From the NCBI GenBank assembly GCA_963693365.1, contig CAVNZM010000017.1:5384708-5448707 (forward strand): a DNA stretch of 64,000 nt. Reading direction: 5' to 3'. This document shows positions 1 through 43,466 of this stretch, piece after piece (the first letter of the stretch is position 1; every line of letters begins with the position of its first letter). The translations under genes were made by a program, and so were the position numbers. The notes below the pieces were generated by a model, which saw only the letters and a list, made by a program, of their open reading frames with translations, was not told the DNA's origin and ran no database searches. Source of the DNA: Amoebidium appalachense. Its lineage: Eukaryota; Protista; Ichthyosporea.

Positions 1-235
1 GAATACAGTCGTGGGGAAGTTAAGGGGAGAAAAAAAGAAAAAGAAACAAAAAGGACATACAACATACACAAATCACGTCATGAAAGCATTACAAGTCACA
101 CACCATGCCCATGCATGTCTTTTCTTTTTGTTTTTATTTATTTATTTATTTATTTATTTATTTTTTGGGGGGGGGGGGAGGGGGTTTTTTTTAAGGGGGG
201 GGGGGGGGGGGGGGGGGAGGGGGGTTAGCAAAAAC

Positions 236-15195
<14,960 letters not shown>

Positions 15196-16202
15196 CGCCC
15201 CTCACACACGTAACGCACGCCAACTATGTGTGGTTTTGATTTACACACACACACACAGCAAGTTATGATTTGCAAACCAAAAACAATGATCCAACACTTG
15301 AAGACTGCAGGGAAACAGGGCTAGCAAAATGTCTTTAGGCGTGTTAATCCTGCTCGTGAATATCATCAGTGTATCTGTACTGTAACTAATAATTAGTAAA
15401 GCCAAAAAGCCCCACAAAAAAGTAAAACGGCAACGTTTACAACACTGTTGAACATGCACTCAGTTTTCTTCTTTCATGTTTTTGTGACGATTACGCAATC
15501 GAATGTCACATACACGAACTTGATGTGATTGGCACATCTAATTGCTCAACCCCTAATGAATCAATCAGAAGAGAGGATCTACATTTTGTGTAACGCAAAA
15601 GTTACCTTATATGGTGCCACCTAAAACACATGGGTGCTGGCGTGCATGCGCATGCACCTTTCTGCGTGTGTGTAGCTACAGCTTGTGTGCGTACATACAT
15701 GTAGAGAGGGGCCTCATAATAATCACATGATAATATGCTTTCAGTCACTAATTTTTATTGTTAAAAGCTTCGGGTTCTTCTTCGCAGCTTCCTTGTTCTG
15801 CAGAATTAACAACAGTAATTGAACCCTCCGTAGTTTATGAACTTGCCCCTTTGCTATTGCTACCCTCGACGCCCCGGCATCCTTCCCATTTACCATCTTA
15901 TCTACACTGAAACAGGAAGCGCAAATCTTACAGACAACAGCAAGGGAGTGTTGTTATCGATAAGATTAATGCTTAACCGCAACACTTACAGATTAAAAAG
16001 CTACCAGAGATATGTCAGGCATTTATGCCAACCTTTGACTTTTAGAAGCATACACCTTTTTTCTGTTCTAAGTCGAGACCGGATCTTTTCCCCAGCGCTT
16101 CAGCCAACAAGTAAAGCAACCTTATGCCGTTTTCATTTACACAACAATACGAGATCTGATAACCATTGAACTCGGGGACTCTCTGGACATTATAATGCCA
16201 AC
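15196..16202. promoter_or_regulatory. Probable bidirectional promoter region between ASCC3 and DARS2
   Basis: ~1 kb between divergent starts, free of long G/C tracts, with a CCAAT-box motif on the minus strand (gattgg ~15527). Function is inferred. Confidence 0.4.
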
Positions 16203-16642
16203 ATGTTTCTAGCAGCTGGGAGATCCTTTGTCAGCCACTCAAGAAGGTGAGAATACCCATAGTGATAAACATAAGCACAATCCAACACTAATCATCTGAA
16301 CCTGTATGCTTCTCTTTCTCCCACCCATCTTCCCTTTTTTTCCCTCCCATTTTTTTTCTATTACTTTCTTTTCCCCCACTTCCTTTTTGTTATGCCGCAC
16401 ACAGCTCCCACGGTTACTTTTCTCACCCTTTTCACATTCAACTCCGCCTCAGTAGCTCTATTACCCTCTCATCCATACATTCTTTGTCTTTGGCACCTCT
16501 TTCGTTCTTGCTTTTGTAGGGATCTTTTTTTTGATTAGGGGGGGGGGGGGGGGGCAACGAAAGATGAAAGCTGCATTATGATGTCACCATAGCTTATTGA
16601 CTACTGGTATCAATTGCTCTTCTCTTTTAGATTCCTGCACCC

Positions 16643-31911
<15,269 letters not shown>

Positions 31912-32102
31912 TGAAAATAATGGTGTGGTGGAGAGGGAATGTGCAACGTGCCGGTGTGTTGCGTACGCCGTTTAATGTTAGTCGGAGTGAGGGTGACTGT
32001 TTGTTTGTGTGTGTGTGTGTGTGTCTGTACATGTGTGTGTGTGTCTGTACGTGTGTGTGCCGGGTGGTGTGTATGGGTGTTTTTTTTTATTGTTTTTTTT
32101 GT

Positions 32103-32143
<41 letters not shown>

Positions 32144-32234
32144 TGCAATCTGTAGTTCCGTACACGGTATGAGTGGTGCCCTCTGTCCATGCAGAACCTA
32201 GACTAGTGTGGCATGTGCCTATGTGCATGCGCAT

Positions 32235-32301
<67 letters not shown>

Positions 32302-32532
32302 TACACACACAGAGAGAGAGACACACACACAACCAATAGGCAATTTAACACCAGTCATTGGTTTTACATGATCGTTGTAGCGAAATTTGTAACTCAGGCA
32401 TCGTTGTATTGTTTCTTTGAAGATCGTGTGCATATGTCGTTCTAGAACTCTCTTGATTTAGAAGCTACGTAAGTCAATGAATTTTTGATTAATTACCCAA
32501 CTTTTTTGCTTCCATTTAAGCTTGGATTAATG

Positions 32533-32697
32533 TATGTGTATGAATTCCTCTTTGATCATGAAAAAGCCAAAAAACAAACGAGCTGGCCGGGTTGACTAAA
32601 TTTAGTATACCGTTAATTAAGCAGGTAAGAAAAAGCTGGAAGCTCGGGAGGGGACATATGCATTTCGATCGAGCCCGAAGAGGAATTCATACATATA
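32533..32697. mobile_element. Short TIR element (MITE-like)
   Basis: TGTATGAATTCCTCTT / AAGAGGAATTCATACA inverted pair in TA-rich flanks. Confidence 0.55.
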
Positions 32698-33598
32698 TAT
32701 ATGTCACATATCCTGGAACCCTATAGCTAAGGCTGATGATCTGCCTTTCGTTCTTCCTCTCCCCCCCCCCCCCCCCCCCCCCCTTCCCCCCTGCGGCCGT
32801 TGTTTACATTAGCAAATTCAACTCAGTATTGATCAGTGATAGTCTTCGTGTGCATGTGTGTGTGTGTGTGTGCGTGTGTGTTTGTGTATATAGTGTGTGT
32901 GGTTGGGGAGGGAGGGCGGGGGGGGAGGGGGGGGGGGTGGGGGGAGGGGGGCGGGGCGGGGAAGGGGGGGGGGGGGGGGGGGGGGGTCGGCCGCGGGGCG
33001 GGGAAGGAAAGGGGGTGGGGGGGCGGAGTGGGGGGGAGTGCGCATGCATGCTAGCGCATGGAGTCATCCCGGTTGGCTTATAATATATTTGTTACGAAGA
33101 ACACACAATCTTAATGAAGCAGACGTCGACTATTGCAATTGCAACAGGCTGGCACTCTAGATCTCGGGAAGATAGGCTGGACAGACAGAGACTTTATGAG
33201 GCTGTGTGCGTACGTGTGGCTGTAGCTATGGTGGACATGGATCGTTCTAGAAGGGGGTAGGGCAGGGGGAACAGGCTGTGAATATCGATGTGTGTAAGCA
33301 CGTGTGTGTGTGTGTGTGAGCACGTGCGTGTGTGGTTCGTGTACAGGTGTGTGTTCGTGGCCGGGGAGTGAATGGGAAATGAGCCTGATAGGGCGGGCCA
33401 GGTGAGTGGGGGGGGGGGGGGGGGGGGGGGGGGGGTGGTCTCAAGCTGCGCCGAATGACATCAAACCGGAGTCCCTCTAGCTTCCCCTCTCCCCCCCGCT
33501 CCCCCGGGGCCCCCCAACCCCAACACCACCACCACCACCACCACCACCCCTATCCGCCCTCACACAGTCACACAAACACACACACAAAGGTTCATGCA

Positions 33599-33702
33599 AC
33601 AGAAGTCTCCAGGCCTCATGCCTGTTTGGACCACCATCCGAAGACATTTTACAGAAGTCTCCAGGCCTCATGCCTGTTTGGACCACCATCCGAAGACATT
33701 TT
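33599..33702. repeat. Perfect 52-bp tandem duplication
   Basis: acagaagtctccaggcctcatgcctgtttggaccaccatccgaagacatttt x2. Confidence 0.9.
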
Positions 33703-33777
33703 ACGTAAAATGGGGCGGAAGAGCTTGATCCCCAAGCGACAATTACATGTGCCGGAGATCCCCTATGGCCGGCTCCA

Positions 33778-33836
<59 letters not shown>

Positions 33837-34018
33837 AGCATCCCCCTGTATGGCCCAGACCGTGACACAAAGGGTAATGGTTTGGGTTTGTCTTTATTAT
33901 GGTGAACAATACCAAAACTTGCGTTTAATGGCGCTTAACGTGGAGCGATCTCCCTTTGCCTAGGGCTTCCATCATACATCGATATATGAACTTCTCTCCC
34001 CTTTCCTCCCCCCCCCCT

Positions 34019-34083
<65 letters not shown>

Positions 34084-34914
34084 ACACACCACCCCACCCC
34101 ACCTTACCCCCCTACCCCCCTCCTGCTTCTCCGCTTCCTCTTAACCCTCAGTTAGTCACAAATGGTCAGTGTTCAGATGTCAGACCGAAATTATTCGGAA
34201 GATTCAGGGGCTTGGTGTAAGCGCGAGTAGATCTGATTCAAAGAAACTATCCATGAAAAGCTCATAAAACCGGTTGACGAAGGTACGATTATCTATGTAA
34301 TTAGCCAATGCTCACTAAAAATCGAAAAAGCCGTCTCAATGTATTTGGTCAAGGAGAAAAGTATGTTTCTCTTTGGTTCGGAACAGCAGAAGTTTCATGT
34401 TTTAGTTATTTCTGAAAGGCAACAACCAAGCAATGCTGGATCAATCATCACTAGCAGATGGGCTTAAAGCTGAGGAAGGCCACATACACCACAACCACTT
34501 ACCTTTTTGCGCTCACACTTACCTTTAGGGTCGTTACAGCAGTAGATCTAGATAACTCGGCAAGTAAAAAAAATGTTTGGTAGATAGCATAAACGATTGA
34601 AAGATCAAGTCTTTCTCAAGAAAATGAAACGTTTTGGATTGAAAAAAACTCTCCCCCAACCACAGCCAACAGGTTCGTAAACTTCATGAGCAGGGGACGT
34701 ACCGAGCAGTGAACCCCAAACACTGCGGCCCAAGGCCTTCAACTTTTCTTTCGACGACACTGATGGCTGGGTAGGGTTTGAGCGGGTGATTGAAAGAATG
34801 CTTGTGGTAATCGAATTCCCCAGCTGCCCCGAAAGGCAGTAGAGGAAGCTCTGGATGCCTACCAAGCAAACACCACAAAATGGAGCACCAGCTGAAGACC
34901 CTCGCCAACAGAAA

Positions 34915-35262
34915 GGATCAAGACAGGTGTAAGCTGCCTCGACCCATACCCATGATTTTCAGAGGAGGGATCAAGACAGGCTTGCCTGACCATCGAGCCC
35001 GAGGGCAAGACAGGGGTAGCCTGCTCCAACCCTCCCTCATTTCCAAGAGAATAGAGGTGTTAAAACAGGTTGGCCTGCCTCAACCACCCATTCTCAAGAA
35101 AAGGGTTAAGGTGGCTTAGCCAGCCTCGACCCAACCCCATTTTTTCGGCAAAGAGGGCTCAAAACACGTTAGCCTGCCTCGAGCCCTCCCTGGGGGTTAT
35201 AACAGGGGTAATCTGCCCAACCCCTCCTCATTCCTAAGAGATTGAGGTGCCAAAACAGCCTA
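34915..35262. repeat. Degenerate tandem array, units of about 35-60 bp
   Basis: Recurrent gaggg..caagacagg/aaaacagg...gcctgcctc(g/a)accc motifs, about 7 units. Confidence 0.6.
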
Positions 35263-36415
35263 TGGGTGTCTCAACATCTCTACTCCCAAGAAACGAGTCC
35301 GACTGAGGCATCTCATACATCATGAGACGCTGCGCTGGTTCAACCGATCGAAGGCGATCGCAACCATAGCCGATGTATGATTGGCTTATCGCTAATCGTG
35401 TTTGGACCAAACGTAAAGATTACGTAATACTTCCGAATTCACTGGCTGCCCAGCTGCCAAATGCATTTTGTCTCCTAACGAGCAGAGACAAAAAGAAACA
35501 ACGTCACAAAAATAAATAATCAAAAAACAGAAATCACACCTTCACTACAAAAAAAAAACCGCAGGCAGAAGGTAATCGACAGAGCCGGAGCCGGGGGGGG
35601 TCTACAATTAATTGAGTGGCAGCCGTACACGTACAACCCATGCAACACAACCCTACTGTTGAAACACAACACACACCTCACAAGCACAGCTCCATCCCAT
35701 CTGCACTAAAATCAGCACTATGATATGAAGCTCGTCACATTGGTGTGCATGAAACAGGAGTTGTGTTGACCCCCCACCCCCTCCCCCCCCCCCCCCCCCA
35801 CACACACACTTAAAAACAATGAATCGAAAAGCCACATGTCTTCTCAAGAAAAGCCACATGTCTTCTCATCCCAAGTGCAAGTAGGAGCCTACCATCAAAT
35901 TTTCGTGCTGACCCTTCGGGATCCCAGGAACCCCGATTGTTGAAAAAAATTGAAGACACGGACGTGACCTTGACATGTAACGGCAGGCCCTCCCCCCTCC
36001 CCCCGCCACGTATGCCCTCTCTTTGAGTACCTCGCGAATCCCCCCTTTCCCCCCCCCCCCCCCCCCCCCCAAATAAATCCTCAAAATCTCCTTAGCTCCC
36101 CCCCCGTCCTCAGCCTTTCCACTACATGCTCCCCCCCCCCCCCCCAAAAAAATCCCCCCTCCCCTTCCCGGGCCCCCCAAAAGACCCACACACCAAAGCT
36201 TCCCTCTGCTCCTTCCCTTCTCTCCCCCCCCCCCCCCCACACACACACACACACATACGCATACAACCACCAAGACACACACACCAAAAAAAAAAAAAAA
36301 AAAACACACACACACAAACGCAGGTCTAGAGGTTCCAACCAGGCCCCTCTTCCACGCTGCCATGCAATAATAAAAGGACACCACGCCACCATGTGTACAA
36401 AACGACCGGACGACT

Positions 36416-38916
36416 TTACTCGTTGGCCTCGCTGCGCAGGCGGGCGGCACCGTTGGTCAGCTTGACGTTGAGCTGGGCAGCGCGCTTGACAATGTCGGCA
36501 CGCTTGCGGGACGACACGTTGTGTGCAATCTCAGCGGCGTACGTGCGGTTGTGCATCAGCAGAAGGTCAAGGTCGGCCTGTGTTTTTGAGTGTGTGGGAG
36601 GAGGGGGGAAGGGGGGGGGGGGGGGGGGCGGGGGGAAGGTTAGGACGAGTTTCATGTGTAGGAAGAGGAGATAAAAGCGATGGATAACACAGTGCGACCC
36701 GCACAAAAGTATGCAATATAGGCAGAGCCATCGTCCTCCGCGCAGGGGGAAGGGGGGTTAATTGTTTATAGACTACCGAGAACACATTGATCACTGACAA
36801 CATGAAGCAGAGTGCACATTGCACAAAACATTGTGTGTGTGTGTTTTTTTTGTTTTGTTTTTTTGTTTTTTTTTTTTGGGGGGGGGGGGGGGGGGGTTGC
36901 ATCAAGTGTGCAAATGAAGAAACACAGTGCTTGGCGTGAGTGGCGGACAGAGAAAGGAAGAAGGAAAAGGGGCAGTGAGGGAGGGGGGGACGGAGGGAGG
37001 GGGCACGCATTGCACATGGCACGCATTGCACATGCAGTAGCGGCAATGACCTAGAAATATGTAAAAAGAATACATAGAAGAAAAAAAAGTGTCTGTGGAG
37101 TTCCGAAGCCCAGCTGTTAAAACAAAGAAAATTTAAAAAAAAAGGTAAGCATGAATTTGGCAGAGAGAAACAGCGATGCGAATAGTCCAAAAGGTGTGCA
37201 GACCCATGCGAAGGGCATTACAAGTTGCATGTTGCCCACAGTGTGCAAGGGTGCATGTCACACAATGAGGAATTGTGTGTGTGTGTGTGCGCGCGCATGA
37301 AGAGGTGCATGTGTGTGTGACTAGTTTTTTTTGGAGAAAAAAAAGGTTGATGGAGCCCATGTGTGTTGTGTTGTCTTACCCCCCCCCCCCCAAAAAAAAA
37401 AACACACACACACACACCCAACCCCTTCCCCTTCAGCGTGCACACCAGAAAATTGCACGTCCATGAACACTTCTTGCACACTTTTGCATGAATGCATGCA
37501 TCGTGAGGCTCGTCTCTGTGTATGTGTGTCTGTCTTTGAGTACTAATGTTGCGAAATTGCTGACGTGTGCATGCAGGCCACCTGCCTACCCCCCTCCCCC
37601 CCCCACACAACCACCACCACACACACCACCCCCTCCCCTACCCCCCCCCCCCCTCCCTGAGTTGAATCTTCTTCTGGGTATGTCTTGCCCTTCTCAGTAA
37701 TATTTGCTCCAACTATCTTGGGCGTCAGTAAGGCATGGTGCATATTTCCAATATAGCGACAACCCTACAGATCCCCCCCCCCACACACACACGCACCAAC
37801 TATTTAAAGATAGCCAGAACAAAATCTAAATTAAAGTGTGTAAGCACATACCACGTTGTGGACGAGGAACTTCTTGAAGCCGTCGGGCATCATGTGGCGG
37901 GTCTTCTGGTTGGAGCCATAGCCAATGGAGGGCATAAGGAACTGCCCCTTGAAGCGACGGCGCACCCTGTTATCGATACCCTTGGGCTTGCGCCAGTTGC
38001 GCTGTGTACGTGTATGTGTGCGCGGGTGTGTGTGTGTACGTGTGGAAGAAGTGTGTGTACACGGAGGGGGAAAGGCCGGGCAGGGGGAGTAATGCGTGTG
38101 TGCATGCAGGCAATATTGGGTGTGTGTGTGTGTGTGTGTGCTAGCGCTCGTGTAGGCATAGGTGGTGTGTGTGGGTGGCCGGGTGTGAAGAGGTTGTGCA
38201 CGTGTGTGTGTATGGGGGGGGGGGGGCATGTGTTGTGTGTTGACGTGTACGCGAAAGTGTTTGTGTTTGCCCAGGAGATTAATTAATGGTGAGCCGAGAA
38301 CATAGTCAGGAGTGTGACAAACATGTGCGAGGATGTGTGAACAGCCAAGCTCACACCACCCTCCTCAATTGCAACATCCCTGTGATTGACATGCTTCAAG
38401 TGAACGTGCGTCATCTGCCACCAACCCAATCGCCACGCAACAACCCAAACGGGCAGAATCACACCCTGCCACGCTCTTCCACCACCTGATGCAGCACCGA
38501 TTTCCTCCAACAAATGCCTCACCACCAAGCCCACTACACACGTATGCCTGAACCACTCCTCTACACAGCCTCAGTCAGGTACTATGATCGTATAGATTCC
38601 ACATTTTGACACCGGACGTTGTTGACGAAGTCTGTGTTCCCGAAGGTTGTCACTGCACCACACAAAACACTCTGCAATCCACTGCCGACGAAGTGATGCA
38701 CGCACATGATTTGCCTAACATCCCCTAACACGAAGCAATTCAAAGCCACACCCTGCAGAAAAACACGTCGCAGCTTCCTGCTTGTACCAACGCGTTAAAC
38801 ATGGACCCAAAAAGCACACAACTTACGTCGATGCCAGTGTAGCGGTCGGACTGGTGCCGTGTGAACAGCTTCGTCCGCTTCTTGACGATCTTCACATGCT
38901 TAAGTGCGGACACCAT
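36416..38916 (-). CDS. RPL32: 60S ribosomal protein L32 (eL32), 133 aa
   Basis: Exons 38827-38916, 37852-38001, 36416-36577: [26 protein letters not shown]...[50 protein letters not shown]...[21 protein letters not shown]...LRSEANE*. Probable 5'UTR intron acceptor at ~38949. Confidence 0.97.
36675..36830 (-). repeat. Diverged copies of the C-tract-bounded repeat in an RPL32 intron
   Basis: ggataacacagtgc...aagtatgcaatataggcagagccatcgtcctc resembles the family's reverse complement. Confidence 0.55.
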
Positions 38917-39514
38917 TTTGCCGGTTCCTCACGGGGGGTCCGGTTCCTCTGCAGGAATAAAAACGTCTAAGAATTGCTGAAAGAGTAGGTAGACTATTGC
39001 GCCCCGGCTTATTCACGAAGCTAAGCAGCACTGTGTCTCTAACTGCACCCCTTATCAAAAAAATCTCCCTCCCTCCCTTCTCCCCTCCCCCCCGGGGACC
39101 TCCTCCCCCCGAACTACAACAAAAACAACACTGTAAAAGCGACATCGGTGACTGTTGCATCTCATCCCCGAGTGTCCCCTGCTTCCGCGTCGTCCGGGTC
39201 CAAGTTGTGCACAACTGCAAACACCCTACCCTTGGGTATGCAAAACCCAGCTCTAAAATGCTAGAAACATCGCACTCGGGTCTTGCTGTATATGTGCGGG
39301 TGATGTGCAGTCTTGTACGAGAATAATTATGTGTCCAGCAGTGTCGAAATCCTCCCGCGACCCCAGAAGAAAAACAAATGGCCACGACTGATCTAAGGTG
39401 GAAACGGCCCCATGACGCGAGTAGCTCTCAAAACAAGGCCTCTCCCGCTGACTAATAATTCCTGTAACACATTTGTAGGCATGTAAAAAGAACTAGCATA
39501 TGCGCCGACCATTC

Positions 39515-40078
39515 TCAGAACAGTCTCATCCGAAATTGTGTGATGTTCTCATCTTGAAAATACTTAGTCTGATATCTGCTGTAAGGTACACTATCGTAAG
39601 ATAAAGTCATTCTGCCGTTTTTTCTCTCAGCATCATAAACGTAATATCCTCCATTCAATTCCACAACATGATACGTGGATGGGCGGTGGATACCCTCGGA
39701 TTCCCGCTCGATTCTTTGAAAAACCGGAAAGGAGGGACACGTACGAAGGTCAGGGTGTAAGAGAAATTGAAGAACGGAGCCGTGTTCGCTAAAACGGCGC
39801 GCAGCGGACACGAGCACGTACTCAGATGGATTACGGCAAGATAGCTTCGTGAAACTAAACCATCGGTAATGTATAATGTAATCTGATTGGTGCTATAAAT
39901 TGAGCTAAACAGTTAACCTAATATAGCTAGTCTTGAATCATTCTGGTTGGTTTGCAAAAACTGCCAAATTCCTAAGCCCCGAGTACCGACACTCCGAGTC
40001 TGTCACTCAGCCTCCCTCAGGCTCAGGCATTACGTAGAGAGCGCTTTGTAGAGCTTTCGAAGACTCCGTAAAAGCAGT
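39515..40078 (-). CDS. Putative terminal exons of an unidentified gene
   Basis: Exon 40034-40078 (LLLRSLRKLYKALS) splices in phase to 39515-39854 (FTKLSCRNPSEYVLVSAARRF...YHVVELNGGYYVYDAERKNGRMTLSY...RMRLF*). Non-repetitive, protein-like composition; no family recognised. Confidence 0.35.
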
Positions 40079-42097
40079 CTGGTAAGCATTATAAGCGGTA
40101 ATTTTCTGGGCACTTGCTTTTCAGTAATGTCTTGCGTTTTTTTTTGTTTTTTTTGTGTTTTTTTTTGTTTTGTTTTTTTTGCTTTTTTACCTGGCTATAG
40201 CCTGCATTGCGAGGTAGGGGCTTTTTTCGTTCCCTATTCCAAAGTGGGCCACTCACGCTTATTCTTACTTTTTTTTTTTTTTTGGGAAAGGAAGGGGGAG
40301 GAAGGGGGAGGAGGACGAAGGTACGAGGAGAGGGGAGGAAGGGGGAGGACGAGGCATTTTTTAGCGTTAAATCTGTAAGCACTGGGAAGATGAACTGTTT
40401 AAGAATCTGAACCGCTGTAATTATCACCACGGGTCGAACACAACCATCTCGTGTGCTTATGCGACTTGACGATCAAGGAGGCATAGCCGGGAGGGCTGGG
40501 GGGGGAGGTCGGAAGGGGGGAGGGGGGAGGGGGGGGAAGAGAGGGGGAAGGAGGGGGCCCCTCACGGGGGGGGAGGGGGGGGGGGGGGGGGGGAGGGTGG
40601 AGGGGGGCAGAAGGGTGGTGGCCTGGGTATCTATGACTGACAAATGGTATTATGAAACTAGCTGTAGGATCCGCCTTGTGAAAATTGACAAGTTGCACCA
40701 CATCTCGACACTCTGCATGAATTATACAGTATAATATTCTTTTCCTTGATTATGTTAAACAAACCGTCTCAAACGATATATGCTTTCAGTATCTTCTAAG
40801 CAAATAAGAATGCTCATGATAATGCCATAAACAAAATGCTGTGCTACCATACTCACGTGACTTCCTCCTCTGGTATGGGTTATGTACATAGCAACGCTCT
40901 CTGGGAACTCTTGAAGCCCATATGCTAGAGGAAAAAAATGAAACCAATTCATTAGGGAGTCGAGACTGTCAGAAGGGAGGAAGGTTGTTGCGCCGCGGGG
41001 GGGGGGGGGGGGGGGGGGGGGGGGGTGCACCTCTGTGTGCGCTTGGAAAGAGTGTTTGCGAGGATAAGGGAATGTCAAGGATGGTGTTACAAACATTCTT
41101 TTACATAATTTCGCTCAGGCGCAAAAGCTATTAGCTCAATGAAGTAATAAACACACAAGAATGCATGACCGGTTTTCACGAACTTACCTGCTGTTGGTAG
41201 GCTGAAGATGGTTTAGAGATGTCAAGCAAAAAACAGCAGTAATTTATTTACTAGCTATGTGTACCATGCGGAAACCATAACATAGCACTTGAAGAACTAA
41301 ACATACGGCACGCGCCCCGCTCACCAGTAACTTAGGCTCTTCGAACCATCACCTTCCTCGAGCTTTCTTTCTCTTTCACGATCAGGACGTTTCAGGTACG
41401 GACTGGCAGAATGAATGCATATGATTTGCGCAAAAAACAAAATCAATGTCACCCTAAACCACAATCCAAGTACTTCCCATTTACAATGAAGCTCTTCATG
41501 AATCATGTGTATGCAGCAGCTTGTAGCTTAATGAGCAGATTTTTGTTATCTACCATCTAGAAAAACATCTTTGGTAACAAAAGATGTTTTTTTTGTTATT
41601 TCTATGTGACTTTTGTTCCGCTTATAACTGAGTTTTGACTTATGATAGAAGAACAACCTTTTTTTGCTGATGCTCAAACACGCTAATCTTAAAACCCCAG
41701 TGTGAGCGCGGGAGATAATTTGGCGCGCTTTTTGCGCGCCTGCGGCTCGCGCAAACCTTGTCCACTTTTCCTGTTCCGTGTCTGTGCAAGTCCAAAACAG
41801 GTCACGGAAATGGCGGGGTTTACGGCTACAAAAGAGCAGCAAACAAGGTGCACTTCCCCTCGAACATACCTAGTTAAAAACGTGAATTTACCGTTCGGTG
41901 ACCAACGACCCCCTTTTTAAGCACCCCTGGTGTCTGGATCGGCCCCGTGTTTCTCCAAATCTCTCTTCAGGTCTCTCTAGATCTCACCCTCTCTGCCTCC
42001 CTTTCTCCTTCTCTCGTGATCTGATTGCTTCGCTCTATTTCGGCTGGCGATTGCAGGCTGTAGGTTTGGCGTTGCCCAAACAGATACCTGCTGAAAC

Positions 42098-42646
42098 ATG
42101 ACACGCACGAAGCAAACTGCCAGACGAGGGGCTTTTACACAGCCCTATTCCGACATCGCCCGTCGGACAAATGGCCCAATTGCCAAAACACCAAAAGCAG
42201 CACCAAAAACAAACACCAAGAAAACAGAGAAAGAGGAAAAAACCGTTGTCGTGAGGCTGGCGGAGGCGGGTTGGCAGCAAAGACCCGATATGAGCGAAGG
42301 AAGTATTGTCAAAAAGTTCTAAACTATCCTGGATGCTAATCGATTCGTGAAAAAGTACTGGAAGAAACAACATCTTAGTCGGTACGATTTTTTAGGTTAT
42401 GAAGTCTATGTTGACGACGAAGGTTTCCTGCGTGTGAACACGGAAGATGGGGCGGGGTCTTCTGGGATAGTTTGGGCTGAATGGGAGGGTAGAGCTAGAA
42501 CATGGACTAGGTTGAAGATTGATTCAGAATCCAGTGATTCGGACAATGAGGAGGAGGGCGAAGAGCACGAGGAGGACGACGGTGAGGAAAAGGGGGAAGT
42601 TTTCACTGATGTGCATTCGTCTTCTTCCGGATTTTTCTTTCTTTAG
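42098..42646 (+). CDS. Small protein with histone H3-like N-terminus and acidic C-terminus (151 aa if intron 42303-42395 is spliced)
   Basis: MTRTKQTARR vs H3 ARTKQTARK. The two listed ORFs are in the same frame, separated by TAA at 42320-42322. A 93-nt GTATTG...TTTTTAG intron would remove the stop and keep the frame. Confidence 0.5.
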
Positions 42647-42937
42647 GGTCAATTTTTTTTTTTTTAATTTCATTACGTTTCTCGTTGACTGTTTATGTGT
42701 GTGTTATTGTGCCCCTGTGTGTGGATATGTAGCTGCTGGTGGGCACCCTTGGGTGTTGTGCTGCATATGTGACTGTGTGCGGGCAACGTTTGCAGGTATC
42801 CCGGAACCTAAGGACAGACACATTTCCTTTTTGCACTTTTCTTCCTTTTTTTTTTGCCTCGTTTCCGGGGGAAAGAAGGGGGGGGGGGGGGGGGGGGGGT
42901 ATATGTGCCTTTTTTATTCAAATGCGGGCAGGAGGGG

Positions 42938-42972
<35 letters not shown>

Positions 42973-43080
42973 TATAGTAGATAATACTGGTTGCTTCTCC
43001 TGGGAAGTGTAGAGGTAAAATAGGACTACGTATGCAGAGACTATTGTTCAGATTGTGTGTGTGTATGTGTGTGTGTGTTC

Positions 43081-43113
<33 letters not shown>

Positions 43114-43426
43114 CGTGTGTGTATGTGTGTGTGTGTTGTAGGAGTCGGGGGTGCATTAGTTGGACTCCTTACAGTTGTGTGCATTCCTGACATTAAGCCC
43201 CTTTCTGTTTAAAAATCTGCCTCCCCCTTCTCCTCTTCTTCCCTCCCCCCCCCCCCCCCTTTTGAGAGGGGGGAGGGAGGGGGGGGGGGGGAGGGAGGGG
43301 GGGGAGGGGGGGGGGGGATTTCGTTTCATCGCATTTCTTTCGCTTCTCAAAACAAACCGTCACAGGACCTTGAGTTTTAGGCAGGCATTCCACCGTGTGC
43401 CGTCAACATGATTAAGAAAGACAATG

Positions 43427-43466
<40 letters not shown>

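Noticed and set aside
37670-38700. snoRNAs in RPL32 introns (hairpin plus ACA near 37680; CTGA motifs near 38570)
   Set aside because: Pocket-to-ACA spacing is wrong, there is no convincing box C, and I could not identify an rRNA-complementary guide. Needs snoscan, snoGPS or Infernal.
42320-42322. Stop-codon reassignment (TAA read as sense)
   Set aside because: RPL32 ends in TAA, conserved exons have no in-frame TAA or TAG, and the tRNA anticodon is TTG rather than a suppressor.
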